Positions 17,351 to 25,575 of a stretch of DNA of 56,652 bases are shown here, piece after piece (the stretch's first letter is position 1; every line of letters starts with the position of its first letter). The notes beneath the pieces are model-generated. The model was given only the letters and a program-made list of their open reading frames with translations, did no database searches and was not told the origin of the DNA. The stretch covers positions 1 through 56,652 of IMG/VR virus record IMGVR_UViG_3300037010_000803. One strand, 5' to 3'. Source of the DNA: a virus. Lineage: Duplodnaviria > Caudoviricetes. The position numbers and the translations under genes were made by a program.

Positions 17351-18034
17351 TCAAAAAGGGATGCCCGTGTCGTTCTTGGGCGTTCTGCGTAGTATTTCAG
17401 CTTCGAGCACGTCCAGATTGCGCTTGTTGTCCTTGGCGTACTTTCCTTCCGGCTCTTCCGCCAGTTTCTTGCGGTAGAAGTCCCGATACCACAGGACGCT
17501 CTCATTGCTCAGTGCCGACAACGGCGTGCCTTTGAGTTTTCCCATCGGCACTGTCCATTCTCCACGGTCTTCTTTTTGCGCGGCGCTGTCGGTGTCATTC
17601 TCGGAGCGCCCTTCGGCGGCCTCGCCGTCATCATCCTCGTTCTCGGCGGCAAGCCCGATTATAGACTGCCAGCCATAGCGCCGCAGATACAAGATGGCGC
17701 TTCCGTCAGCCTGCGGTGTCCGGCATGGAACAAATGGGCCACCGCCTTTTGGCTCCTTGCCGGGGACGGTACTGTTTATCTCGCTAATCCATTCGCCGGA
17801 CTCGTGGGCCAACATCGTCAAGAGAGTCACCTTCTCGCCCTCGGCGCTTGGAAACTGCATAATGGCGAGCCCGTATTTGTTGAGCACGGGTCGAGAGACG
17901 GCGATCACCTCCGCCATATCTGCGTAGTGGGAGTGGTAATACGGGTTCTCCGCCTTCTTTTTCGCGGCACCCATCTCCGTCTGGGCCTTGACCAACGCTT
18001 TCACTAGTTCGCTAATCGTCTCACTGCGATTCAT
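17351..18034 (-). CDS. erf: ERF-family ssDNA-annealing protein with C-terminal extension
   Basis: ALVKAQ...NPYYHSHYAD...HESGEW...GSAILYLRRY...EDDDG. Confidence 0.85.
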   Translation of the reverse strand: MNRSETISELVKALVKAQTEMGAAKKKAENPYYHSHYADMAEVIAVSRPVLNKYGLAIMQFPSAEGEKVTLLTMLAHESGEWISEINSTVPGKEPKGGGPFVPCRTPQADGSAILYLRRYGWQSIIGLAAENEDDDGEAAEGRSENDTDSAAQKEDRGEWTVPMGKLKGTPLSALSNESVLWYRDFYRKKLAEEPEGKYAKDNKRNLDVLEAEILRRTPKNDTGIPF

Positions 18035-18290
18035 CTGCCACCTCCTCTAAGTGGACTCTCCTCACGACCTGGATTTCGGGACTCTCCAACTCACGTTTGA
18101 GTGCAATCAATGATTCCTCTAACGCATCAGCACGTTGTTTCTGTTCTTCGTACATGGCCTTATACGACGGGCGATAATAAGTACGCTTTGGTTGTTCCTC
18201 GAAAATCGCGAAAGGTTCTCCAGCCGCCTTATGTGCCTTGCGCATCGCTGCTCGGACACCCGTTCGGAAGTTCTCCAAAATCCTGTTCAT
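18021..18290 (-). CDS. Hypothetical coiled-coil protein
   Basis: Homologue at 52517..52858. Confidence 0.65.
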   Translation of the reverse strand: MNRILENFRTGVRAAMRKAHKAAGEPFAIFEEQPKRTYYRPSYKAMYEEQKQRADALEESLIALKRELESPEIQVVRRVHLEEVADESQ

Positions 18291-18571
18291 CTCGCACCTC
18301 CCAGGACTGCGGTCAGCCGTTCTAGCGCTCTCTTCATCCGGTCCTGTTCAATGACGCGCTCCTTCTCGCTCAATTGCGGGTATTCACACCAGATTTTCCG
18401 CCGCCGCTCGCGAGCGCAAATCTCGCAGTAGTTGTGGACTCCACACGGTAAGAGCACTCCGCAATCCGCGCAGTATTCAGCGTCACACCGGCAATCCTCT
18501 TCCAAGTGTCCACAATCAGGACACACGGGCTCTTTGATGTCTGGCGTGGTGGGTGGCTCAGGGTTCCACAT
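18287..18571 (-). CDS. Zn-finger hypothetical protein
   Basis: Several CxxC motifs; homologue at 52855..53139. Confidence 0.7.
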   Translation of the reverse strand: MWNPEPPTTPDIKEPVCPDCGHLEEDCRCDAEYCADCGVLLPCGVHNYCEICARERRRKIWCEYPQLSEKERVIEQDRMKRALERLTAVLGGAR

Positions 18572-18761
18572 GGCGGGCTCCTTTCTTTTTCCGGCCATAG
18601 GACCATTCCTGTTCAGGCCGGATAATGATGCCGTTGCGTTTAGCCGCTCGGCGCATAGACTGCGCAGTTATTCCCCACTTTTGGGCAATCTGGCGCATTG
18701 TCCGACCTTCTCTTAGTTCCTGCATTGCCAGCCTCATGTTAGTTGTTTCACCTCTCGCCAT
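18558..18761 (-). CDS. Small HTH DNA-binding protein
   Basis: TMRQIAQKWGITAQSMRRAAKR; homologue at 53126..53329. Confidence 0.7.
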   Translation of the reverse strand: MARGETTNMRLAMQELREGRTMRQIAQKWGITAQSMRRAAKRNGIIIRPEQEWSYGRKKKGARHVEP

Positions 18762-18771
18762 GCCAACCTCC

Positions 18772-18978
18772 TTATCGGACATATCCGTCTTCTCGTAGGT
18801 AGAGCGGCGCGCTCCGCCTGCTTGCCCCTGGCGCGTGGCACTCAATCACCCAGCCGCTCCGCTCCACACCGTGCTCATCTATAATCGCCCATGGGCACGC
18901 ATGGGGAGCCGTCCAGTATCCCCGCATCAGGCGTGCTTTCTCCCGTGCCTCTTTCCGCGTTCTAAAGACCTTCTTCAT
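18772..18978 (-). CDS. Hypothetical protein
   Basis: First gene after promoter 19022; homologue at 53616..53822. Confidence 0.7.
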   Translation of the reverse strand: MKKVFRTRKEAREKARLMRGYWTAPHACPWAIIDEHGVERSGWVIECHAPGASRRSAPLYLREDGYVR

Positions 18979-19021
18979 TTTCTCGCTCCTCTCTGGCCGC
19001 CTCCTCTTGGCGGCTGAGTAT

Positions 19022-19050
19022 AATATAGTCCACTTTATAGGGTTTGTCAA
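19022..19050 (-). promoter_or_regulatory. sigma70 early promoter
   Basis: TTGACA-17-TATATT; hexamers conserved with a different spacer at 53869-53897. Confidence 0.8.
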
Positions 19051-19096
19051 GGGCTCTACAATCCGCGTCAATGCTACAATATGCGCAAAAGGGTAT

Positions 19097-19390
19097 TTAG
19101 CGGGCTGCGTCCAGCCAGGCGAGTAGGCGTTTGGAGCGGTGGTAACGGGCAAGGGTCTCTAGTTCTGCCCGTGAGCGGCAACGGGCAACAAGGGCCGCCT
19201 CGGAATCAGGGTGGTCGTGGGCCGCCCTATGGCAAGCCCAGCAAAGCGGAATGAGATTCTCAGGGATGTCCAGCCGCAATTCCGAGCGGCGGATTAGATG
19301 GTGGGGAGCCACGTCCGTATATTTCCCACACCCGTAGCAGACTTGACGGCCACGCGCTGCATTGAGAGCGGATTCATCGAGCACTCGCAT
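19097..19390 (-). CDS. HNH endonuclease-like protein
   Basis: CYGC...HH...ENLIPLCWACH. Confidence 0.8.
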   Translation of the reverse strand: MRVLDESALNAARGRQVCYGCGKYTDVAPHHLIRRSELRLDIPENLIPLCWACHRAAHDHPDSEAALVARCRSRAELETLARYHRSKRLLAWLDAAR

Positions 19391-20024
19391 CGGCAATCTC
19401 CTCACCAAATAGCGACGGCTGGGCCAAAGCGGCCTTAATACGCTTGACGGCAATATCAAAATAGTCAGGGTCCAGTTCAATCCCAATGAAGTTCCGGCCC
19501 AGTTTGGCGCAGGCCACGCCTGTCGTACCTGAGCCCATGAAAGGGTCACAAGCCGTGGCTCCGCCTGTTGTACGCAGCATCCATTGCACAAGCGCAATCG
19601 GCTTTTGCGTGGGGTGCTCATACTTCTCCGCGCCACATGCGACTTCTACCGTATCCCATGCACCCTCAAAAGTGCCCCAACAGTAAATCGGCTGCCATGT
19701 CCAGAACAACCCACCAAGCGGCTTGGCCTTTGGCTGCCGCCATGCTACAACGCGGCTAGCAATGGGCTGAAGACTGAGACAATGCGCCATGATGTCTGGC
19801 CTCGCGGCATTGATGACCATCGCCTTCTCAGTTATTCCAAGAATGGCGGTCAACCATTCTTGTCGAAACTTGCAATCCCAGGAGAGCGAAGTCACACCAT
19901 AGGGCGGGTCGGTGACAACGGCATCCACCTTCCCCAGCGTTGGTAAAATTTCAAGGCAGTCCGCGCAGTACAGCGTGGCCGTCGTCTGGCCGTTGCTCAG
20001 GATGACCGGCTCAATTCCACTCAT
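19374..20024 (-). CDS. DNA methyltransferase (N6-adenine/N4-cytosine, beta class)
   Basis: TDPPY, HPTQKP, DPFMGSGTT. Confidence 0.9.
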   Translation of the reverse strand: MSGIEPVILSNGQTTATLYCADCLEILPTLGKVDAVVTDPPYGVTSLSWDCKFRQEWLTAILGITEKAMVINAARPDIMAHCLSLQPIASRVVAWRQPKAKPLGGLFWTWQPIYCWGTFEGAWDTVEVACGAEKYEHPTQKPIALVQWMLRTTGGATACDPFMGSGTTGVACAKLGRNFIGIELDPDYFDIAVKRIKAALAQPSLFGEEIADASAR

Positions 20025-20048
20025 GCTGCCCTCCTTTTCTCAGGGGTA

Positions 20049-20113
20049 GGCCGGAGCGTAAATGAGGGAGTCTCCGGCCCGTCCCCGCCCTGGCAGGCCC
20101 ATTCCTGTCAGGG
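20049..20113 (-). other. Conserved two-hairpin intergenic element
   Basis: GGCCGGAG/CTCCGGCC and CCCTGGCAGG/CCTGTCAGGG; identical at 54263-54327. Confidence 0.5.
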
Positions 20114-20464
20114 AGTGTCCCTCTTTTGCAGCCGTTCGCTCAATTCGGCCACCACGGCTTCATGCATCGCGTTAGCTTCAGCATCGGAAGTTTCCGACAA
20201 CGTCACTATTTGCCACTTGCTCTTGAAATGCACTTGCTTTGACGTGTTGGCGTCCCAGTAGATACCGTTTCTCTTTGCGCGAAATGCCATGGTCTCATAG
20301 AAACTGGCGTAGCCTATCGGCTCGCCATTGTCCATGGCCCCGACCGTTGAGACCACGATTCGCTTGTCGCCGCATTCCAACAGAGTGTTCCGGCGAAAGC
20401 GGCAACGGCTCGCCGAGATGAAATGGCCGCCCCAGCCGCGTTCTGTGCGTTTGACCTCGTCCAT
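20108..20464 (-). CDS. Conserved phage hypothetical protein
   Basis: ERGWGGHFI...CRFRRNTLL; homologue at 54322..54678. Confidence 0.75.
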   Translation of the reverse strand: MDEVKRTERGWGGHFISASRCRFRRNTLLECGDKRIVVSTVGAMDNGEPIGYASFYETMAFRAKRNGIYWDANTSKQVHFKSKWQIVTLSETSDAEANAMHEAVVAELSERLQKRDTP

Positions 20465-20482
20465 ACTCACCTCCTCAGTGGT

Positions 20483-20656
20483 TCAGGAATCCTTAACAAC
20501 TGGCCCAATCACCTCGCGAAACTCCGCGTCCAGTTCAGCGTTGATTTTTTCTGCGAGCGAGCCCGAATATTTTTCTTGGAACGTTTCGAGCGCTTTTTGG
20601 AAGTCAAGCGGCTCTAAATCTCGTAGCGGGTGATTGCCTGTTCTGTTTCTATTCAT
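20483..20656 (-). CDS. 57-aa hypothetical protein (below ORF-track cutoff)
   Basis: MNRNRTGNHP...EFREVIGPVVKDS; last 13 codons shared with 54692..55204. Confidence 0.55.
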   Translation of the reverse strand: MNRNRTGNHPLRDLEPLDFQKALETFQEKYSGSLAEKINAELDAEFREVIGPVVKDS

Positions 20657-20919
20657 GTTTAGCTATCCTGTTTAACTGTCTTTTAAGACTAATGCCAGAG
20701 CCCGAGAGAGACGCTCCCCCCTATAGTCCCCCCAGCATGTTAGCGCTGAAGTGGACCAAGGAGAACGTCTCGACTGCGGCTTAAGACTTATGCCGTCGCC
20801 GTCGCTTCGACGCTGGCGAGTTCCCCAGGCTCGCCCGCAGCCATCTGGCCGCGCCCAATTAACGTGCCGCCTATCCACACGGAGGCCGGGGGCAACGTGT
20901 GGCTTAGACTTGGATTGAC

Positions 20920-21050
20920 AAAGAGAAAGCCCTGGGGCTGTCGGACCCAGGGCGTGGACAGTCGCAGGGACGCGAGTAGCTGCGACGACTTGTATTCAAT
21001 TTTCGTTCTCACCCGCGTCCACCTTTCTAGCCGCCGACAGCGGCCTTCAC
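20920..21050 (-). ncRNA. C4/CI-like structured leader ending in a terminator-like hairpin
   Basis: 5' hairpin segment GCTGTCGG complementary to CCGACAGC in the loop of GCCCTGGG/CCCAGGGC, which is followed by TTTCTCTTT; hairpin conserved at 56607-56631. Confidence 0.55.
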
Positions 21051-21057
21051 AGAGCCT

Positions 21058-21086
21058 AATATAACGCCTTTTGCGGCGTTTGTCAA
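21058..21086 (-). promoter_or_regulatory. First early promoter, with palindromic spacer
   Basis: TTGACA-17-TATATT; AACGCC-N6-GGCGTT inverted repeat over the spacer. Confidence 0.8.
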
Positions 21087-21104
21087 GTGGCACACTTTGG
21101 GCGA

Positions 21105-21208
21105 GAGTTAACAAGAGTTAACACGAGTTAACAGGCTGTTAACAGGAAGTTATAAGGTCCTTATAGCCACCTTAGTAAGGTCCTTATAGGGACCCTATAG
21201 GTGTGCTA
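21105..21208. repeat. Dual iteron block: 4x GTTAAC(A) followed by TAAGGTCCTTA-type repeats
   Basis: GTTAAC at 21107, 21117, 21127, 21138; TAAGGTCCTTA at 21153 and 21176, TAGCCACCTTA 21164, TAGGGACCCTA 21187, TAGGTGTGCTA 21198. Confidence 0.85.
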
Positions 21209-21228
21209 TAGCAGACCCATTGGGTGTA

Positions 21229-21864
21229 CTAGAGCGTGCTGGAGTCGTTACGGACGGCGAATAACTGCGTTGCGGAATAGGTGGTGGAAGGGACTTTCGC
21301 GGCTTCTTTCGCGGCGGCGTCGTAGAGGTCCTGTGGCGTGAACGTGTCCCTGTCAGGCACTTCCAGCGCCCAGCCCAAGTCTCCACTGCCAACGCCAAGA
21401 GCGTTAGCCATGAGGACCATGTCGGTGAGAGCGACCAGGACTTCTTCACTGCAAAACTCGTGGCGGCGGATGGGATTGGGGACTTGGCGATTGAACAGTC
21501 CGGCAACCCAGTTGAGCGGGAGAATGACGGCGAGATTCACGACCGAAGCCCAGGCGTAGCTTTGCCCTACTCGGTCTTCAGCGTTGCGGATGGCGAAATT
21601 GATTGCCTGTTGCGGCTGATTCGGGCAGAATACGGCGAGGTCACCGCGTTCCCATTCGGCGCGGTAGTCGGACAACGGGTGGCGCTCAATATGATCCCGC
21701 GCTTCCTGAGAGAGGGGGCCGTTCTCATTCACGGCCACAATCCACCCGGAGTGGTTGTACCGGCCACGGGAAAAGAATTGAATGGCGCGAGAGATAAATC
21801 CCGTCTCGTGGACGGACCAGAAACAGCCCGGTTGAATCTCTCCCCACTTCGTGATTCGTCTCAT
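21229..21864 (-). CDS. Permuted papain-like NlpC/P60 (YiiX/YaeF-like) protein
   Basis: SRAIQFFS..YNHSG (His) precedes EFCSE (Cys); GQSY motif. Confidence 0.7.
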   Translation of the reverse strand: MRRITKWGEIQPGCFWSVHETGFISRAIQFFSRGRYNHSGWIVAVNENGPLSQEARDHIERHPLSDYRAEWERGDLAVFCPNQPQQAINFAIRNAEDRVGQSYAWASVVNLAVILPLNWVAGLFNRQVPNPIRRHEFCSEEVLVALTDMVLMANALGVGSGDLGWALEVPDRDTFTPQDLYDAAAKEAAKVPSTTYSATQLFAVRNDSSTL

Positions 21865-21930
21865 GGCATCCTCTGGCCGTTCTTTTCGAGGCCCGGTGGA
21901 ACGGCCAAGCCGGGTGGAGGTGAGAGGAGC

Positions 21931-22161
21931 CTACTTTGGCAGCGCCACCTTTCCGGCGCTGTTGATACTGATTGCGACGCCGCCCAGGTTCGCCAGCATC
22001 AAGAGGGAAAACAAGACCCAGTCTTTGCCATCCTTCGGCCATGCAGCGCTTAGGATGTATGCAGCCTGAGCCGCCGTCAAGGCTATTCTACTACCAGCGT
22101 TCTTGAGGTGGTAGTACCACCAGGGCTCGGCGTTCGACGGCGAGAATCCTTCGGTAGCCAT
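21931..22161 (-). CDS. Small membrane protein, holin-like
   Basis: Two hydrophobic segments, lysis-region position. Confidence 0.5.
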   Translation of the reverse strand: MATEGFSPSNAEPWWYYHLKNAGSRIALTAAQAAYILSAAWPKDGKDWVLFSLLMLANLGGVAISINSAGKVALPK

Positions 22162-22694
22162 TAGAATCGGTATCCTATACGGAGAGCCGTTTCGGCAATG
22201 TTCGCCACGCCAACACCGGGGACGTTCGCCAGGTGGCGATATTTCATTTCGGCCCCAGCGTACCAGTGCGAGGTGAAATTATACGCCACGGCGAGTCCCG
22301 CATATAGACCGCCCGTTTCGTGACCAGCGTAGTGCAAAATGCTGAATCCCGCTTCCGGCATCACCGTCCATTTACCAGCATCCCAAGGAATACCCATACC
22401 CGCGTCCCAGAGGCCGTATTTTAGGCCGGAGGGCGGAAGCTGGGTGAAGTTATGGCTTGCGGCCCAACTCTCAATTTTGAGCGCGTCCTGCGCGTATGCG
22501 AGGGTGAATGCGAGGTGCTTGTAAGCGCGCCAGCCCATACCGGCCTGCAACTGCCACTGCGTGTCCCAGGCCGAAGCAGCATAATTCCCCTGCGCGGGAT
22601 ACCACAAATGCCCGGTCCCTAGCCAAACGTCCTGTGCCACAGCCGGTAAAGCCGCCAGAAAGCATAACGACAAAATCACTGCGATTCGTTTCAT
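22161..22694 (-). CDS. Outer-membrane beta-barrel protein (Lom/Ail/OmpX-like)
   Basis: Signal peptide ending AVA-Q, amphipathic strands, C-terminal LRIGYRF beta-signal. Confidence 0.75.
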   Translation of the reverse strand: MKRIAVILSLCFLAALPAVAQDVWLGTGHLWYPAQGNYAASAWDTQWQLQAGMGWRAYKHLAFTLAYAQDALKIESWAASHNFTQLPPSGLKYGLWDAGMGIPWDAGKWTVMPEAGFSILHYAGHETGGLYAGLAVAYNFTSHWYAGAEMKYRHLANVPGVGVANIAETALRIGYRF

Positions 22695-23152
22695 TGAGAA
22701 CTCCTTTCCGGGTCATAGACCCTGTGTTGGATGTCCAGTTTGACTCCCTCGCCTTTCAATAGCGGCGACCATTCCGCAATCAACGATTCCAAAGCAGGCC
22801 TGCTTTCACCTCCGACGATTTGCCAGTCGCCCGTTGAGACATTGAACGTGCCTTTGTGCCCAGGCATGAGACAGCCCAATGAGTCGGACGCTTTGTTCCC
22901 CGCGTGGATTTCAATCCCCGACCGCCCAGGGACATCCACTAGGGAAAGCATTTCACGACCAAAGCGCGGGGAGAGATACCATGCCACCGTGTAGATTCCA
23001 GGCGGGATGCAAGGGTGCAGTTTCCCGTTTTCGTCTTTCGTCCCCACGGTGCCCGGCTCCAGGATGTAACAGACAAAGTTTTCATCGGGATTGAGCAGCC
23101 GTCCCCAGGTCATGTGCTCGTTCTGCGCTATACGCTCCAACAGGTATATCAT
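22691..23152 (-). CDS. DUF5675-like protein, candidate endolysin
   Basis: TWGRL, CIPPGIY, VPGRSGIEIHAGN, DSLGCL motifs; lysis-region position. Confidence 0.7.
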   Translation of the reverse strand: MIYLLERIAQNEHMTWGRLLNPDENFVCYILEPGTVGTKDENGKLHPCIPPGIYTVAWYLSPRFGREMLSLVDVPGRSGIEIHAGNKASDSLGCLMPGHKGTFNVSTGDWQIVGGESRPALESLIAEWSPLLKGEGVKLDIQHRVYDPERSSQ

Positions 23153-23340
23153 TTCAGCCAGGCTCCTATTAACGCCCCTGCCAGCGCGCCGAGGAATGGA
23201 AGAAGAATCTGCAACACGGCCAGCATAGCGATTTGGCGGTCGTGCCTGTCCACCTTGGCTGCAATAGTGCTCACCCAACGCTCGGAGGCGAAAGGCTCCT
23301 TGTGCCGCTCATTGCAAAGGCTCTCATCGACGTATTTCAT
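23149..23340 (-). CDS. Small single-TM protein (holin/XhlA-like)
   Basis: C-terminal hydrophobic helix; coupled to the DUF5675-like gene. Confidence 0.55.
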   Translation of the reverse strand: MKYVDESLCNERHKEPFASERWVSTIAAKVDRHDRQIAMLAVLQILLPFLGALAGALIGAWLK

Positions 23341-23380
23341 TCTTGGCTCCTTTCGTCGCTCAGCGTCCATCCCATTCCCC

Positions 23381-23710
23381 TTATGGTGTGACCGGCGCTG
23401 CTTGCTTTTCTGCCTCGGCCTTCGCCTTGGCCCACGCCACCATCGTTTCGGCCATTGCGCGCATCTGGTTGTCCAGAGACAGGATAGCCTGCGGTGTAAG
23501 CCCAGCCGCTATCATGTCCTGTATGGTGAAATCGTAGCGCGTGTTGCTCTCCGGCTTGTGGAATCGCTGCCCAGCCGCGTTGACCTCTCCTGGCGCAGAT
23601 AACTCACCTACAGCCTCGAATATCGTACAGCCAGCGCTGTCACGGTGTAACTGAATTTCCTGAATGTAGCGTTCCACGGTTCTGGTCTCAGTAGTTGGGT
23701 TGTATCCCAT
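23381..23710 (-). CDS. Hypothetical protein (possible fibre chaperone)
   Basis: AAGGAG RBS; follows the tail fibre gene. Confidence 0.6.
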   Translation of the reverse strand: MGYNPTTETRTVERYIQEIQLHRDSAGCTIFEAVGELSAPGEVNAAGQRFHKPESNTRYDFTIQDMIAAGLTPQAILSLDNQMRAMAETMVAWAKAKAEAEKQAAPVTP

Positions 23711-23722
23711 GCTCGTCTCCTT

Positions 23723-25573
23723 TTAATGGGCTACCCAGTGTTGCCCGTCATAGAACACTGGCGTCACCGTTGTGCCACCACCGCTCACCACTCCAAGGTA
23801 GGTCGGATTCAGCGCGTCGGTCACAAACGCCGTGTCGCCTTGTGTGCCTGCCGGTAAAGTGGCGACGGTGTAGCCTTTTAGGCGGAAACTCTTGGCGGTG
23901 ATGGCGCCATTCGCGTTAACACCACCATCGCCTACCTGAAGGACACCAGCAGAAGCCTCCGAGAGTGAAACATCATAAGTGGCAGAATACCAAGGAGCTT
24001 TCACACTGGCCCACTTCATAGCCAGGCCAGGGGAAGAAATATTAATTCCTTGGTCGCATATTGCGATGTGGTCATTTTGCGCCCGGAAGTTGGCAGCGTA
24101 AATATCGTCTGTAACTGAAAGCATATAAAGCGACAGACTGCCGTCGGGGGCAAACCTAACTTTGGTGGCACCATCCAATGCGAAGTTTAAGTACTTGTCG
24201 TAATTCCCTGTAACCCCTTCAAAAATAGTCCACCCGGAAGCACTAGTAGCACTGGCACTATGAGTGCCCAGATACCCGTCTTTTGTGACCTTAGCCACCA
24301 CAGCACCTGTGCTAGCCTGCCACTGTTGCAGGTCAGCCGTCTGGCCTGCCGCGCCTTTGATGATTGCGCCGACCGTGCTGGTGGTCGGTGTCTGAACGTT
24401 GAGACTGCCAGTGGAGACAGCCGACGCGGAAAGGCCGCCGGTGAAACTGGACGCGACGGAAGTCGTCGCGCCTCGCGCCGTGACCGTGGCTAGGGTGTCG
24501 GTATCGGCTGGCAACGCGGCGCTTGTCCAGGCTGTGCCATTAGAGGTGAGGACGTTGCCCGAAGGGCCTGGAGCGACCATGGGAATATTGCCTGATGCTG
24601 TGCCAGTAACAGGGCCAACGAAGTTATTCGCCGTTATAGTTCCCGCCTCTAAATCACCTAACGTCCACCCCGTTGGCTGGAGCATCCCTTGAAAGCCGCC
24701 GCCAGTGGTTATACGCAGCTTGCCTACACCAGACCTGATAATTCCAGCGTCCCAGTTAGTCCCGAACAATACTTGTGCCCAAGAATCCCCGCCCAGATGT
24801 AGCCCCGTTGCTCCGTTTAGGTCAACGTGTGTTGCATTATCATCTGCGCTGTGGTGTAGCCCGGTATCTGCTGATAAGTTCAAGAGGTCTGCTGCTGTGT
24901 ACGACGCTGCAAAACTGTGCCGAGATAATATGGTGGAATACTGGCCGTCCGCACTTTCAAAAGACAGGGCGCCATTAGACATTTTTATCATGTCCTCCGG
25001 TACCCCATTATCAAAATAAAGCGATGCTCCCCCCGGGTCTGCATTTGGATTGTATGCGTAGATGGCGAAATCGTTCGCGCTCAACACGGGCGGCTTCGCA
25101 TTTGAAAGACCTTTAGCGGTAAATGTAAGTCGGCTGCTAGGGTATTGACCTGGGACTGTCGGGTCAGAAATAGTCAGAGTTTGGTCGCTGAGCCAGGTGT
25201 TCGCGTTCGCCAGATTCAGGCCCAAGGTCGTGCCGCTCTGCGTCAATGTAGAGTCCGTGGGGCCGGTGATACCCCCTGGCGCAGGTGCGGCGGAAATCCA
25301 CTTTGACCCATCGCTCGTGCAGACATTCCCGCTCACACCGGGCGCAGGCAAACGTGGGTCCACTTCAGGGGCAAGAATATTCGGATTGACCGTCACTGCG
25401 ACATTCTGCCCGCTTGAAACGGTCACGGTGATAGGCGTTACTGCGTTGGGCGTCAAAGGCGCCACGGTGATTTTGTACACCGGAGACGTGGCGACGGACA
25501 CGTTCACCGGGCAAGTCTGAGCGAGAGTCCGAAGCGCGAGTAGAGCAAAGCAGAGAATGATTAGGCGTCTCAT
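23723..25573 (-). CDS. Tail fibre/adhesin-like protein with apparent signal peptide
   Basis: Gly/Thr-rich fibre repeats (GNVLTSNGTAWTS, GQTADLQQWQ, YTVATLPAG); N-terminus MRRLIILCFALLALRTLA-Q. Confidence 0.7.
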   Translation of the reverse strand: MRRLIILCFALLALRTLAQTCPVNVSVATSPVYKITVAPLTPNAVTPITVTVSSGQNVAVTVNPNILAPEVDPRLPAPGVSGNVCTSDGSKWISAAPAPGGITGPTDSTLTQSGTTLGLNLANANTWLSDQTLTISDPTVPGQYPSSRLTFTAKGLSNAKPPVLSANDFAIYAYNPNADPGGASLYFDNGVPEDMIKMSNGALSFESADGQYSTILSRHSFAASYTAADLLNLSADTGLHHSADDNATHVDLNGATGLHLGGDSWAQVLFGTNWDAGIIRSGVGKLRITTGGGFQGMLQPTGWTLGDLEAGTITANNFVGPVTGTASGNIPMVAPGPSGNVLTSNGTAWTSAALPADTDTLATVTARGATTSVASSFTGGLSASAVSTGSLNVQTPTTSTVGAIIKGAAGQTADLQQWQASTGAVVAKVTKDGYLGTHSASATSASGWTIFEGVTGNYDKYLNFALDGATKVRFAPDGSLSLYMLSVTDDIYAANFRAQNDHIAICDQGINISSPGLAMKWASVKAPWYSATYDVSLSEASAGVLQVGDGGVNANGAITAKSFRLKGYTVATLPAGTQGDTAFVTDALNPTYLGVVSGGGTTVTPVFYDGQHWVAH

Positions 25574-25575
25574 GG

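Larger units (their letters stand above)
1..21100 (-). mobile_element. Phage genome unit A (early genes through capsid; truncated at window start)
   Basis: Co-oriented phage genes (ERF, RusA, Rep, DnaB, TerS/TerL, portal, protease, capsid), colinear with 34525-56652. Confidence 0.9.

Noticed and set aside
20716-20733. CCCCCCTATAGTCCCCCC tract as a G-quadruplex or functional site
   Set aside because: Only two G-runs and not conserved in unit B; no support beyond appearance.
20915-20943. Plus-strand TTGACA as an antisense promoter
   Set aside because: No -10 element at 16-18 bp spacing.
20788-21114. 108-aa minus-strand ORF across the early leader
   Set aside because: It starts upstream of and runs through the promoter and RNA stems, with no RBS; better explained as non-coding.
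21105-21208. CRISPR array or mini-array
   Set aside because: Repeats are 6-11 bp and nearly abutting, with no unique spacers and no cas genes; they match rep-gene iterons instead.
20660-21228. attL/attR or integrase at the unit junction
   Set aside because: No tyrosine or serine recombinase ORF, tRNA fragment or host gene recognised.
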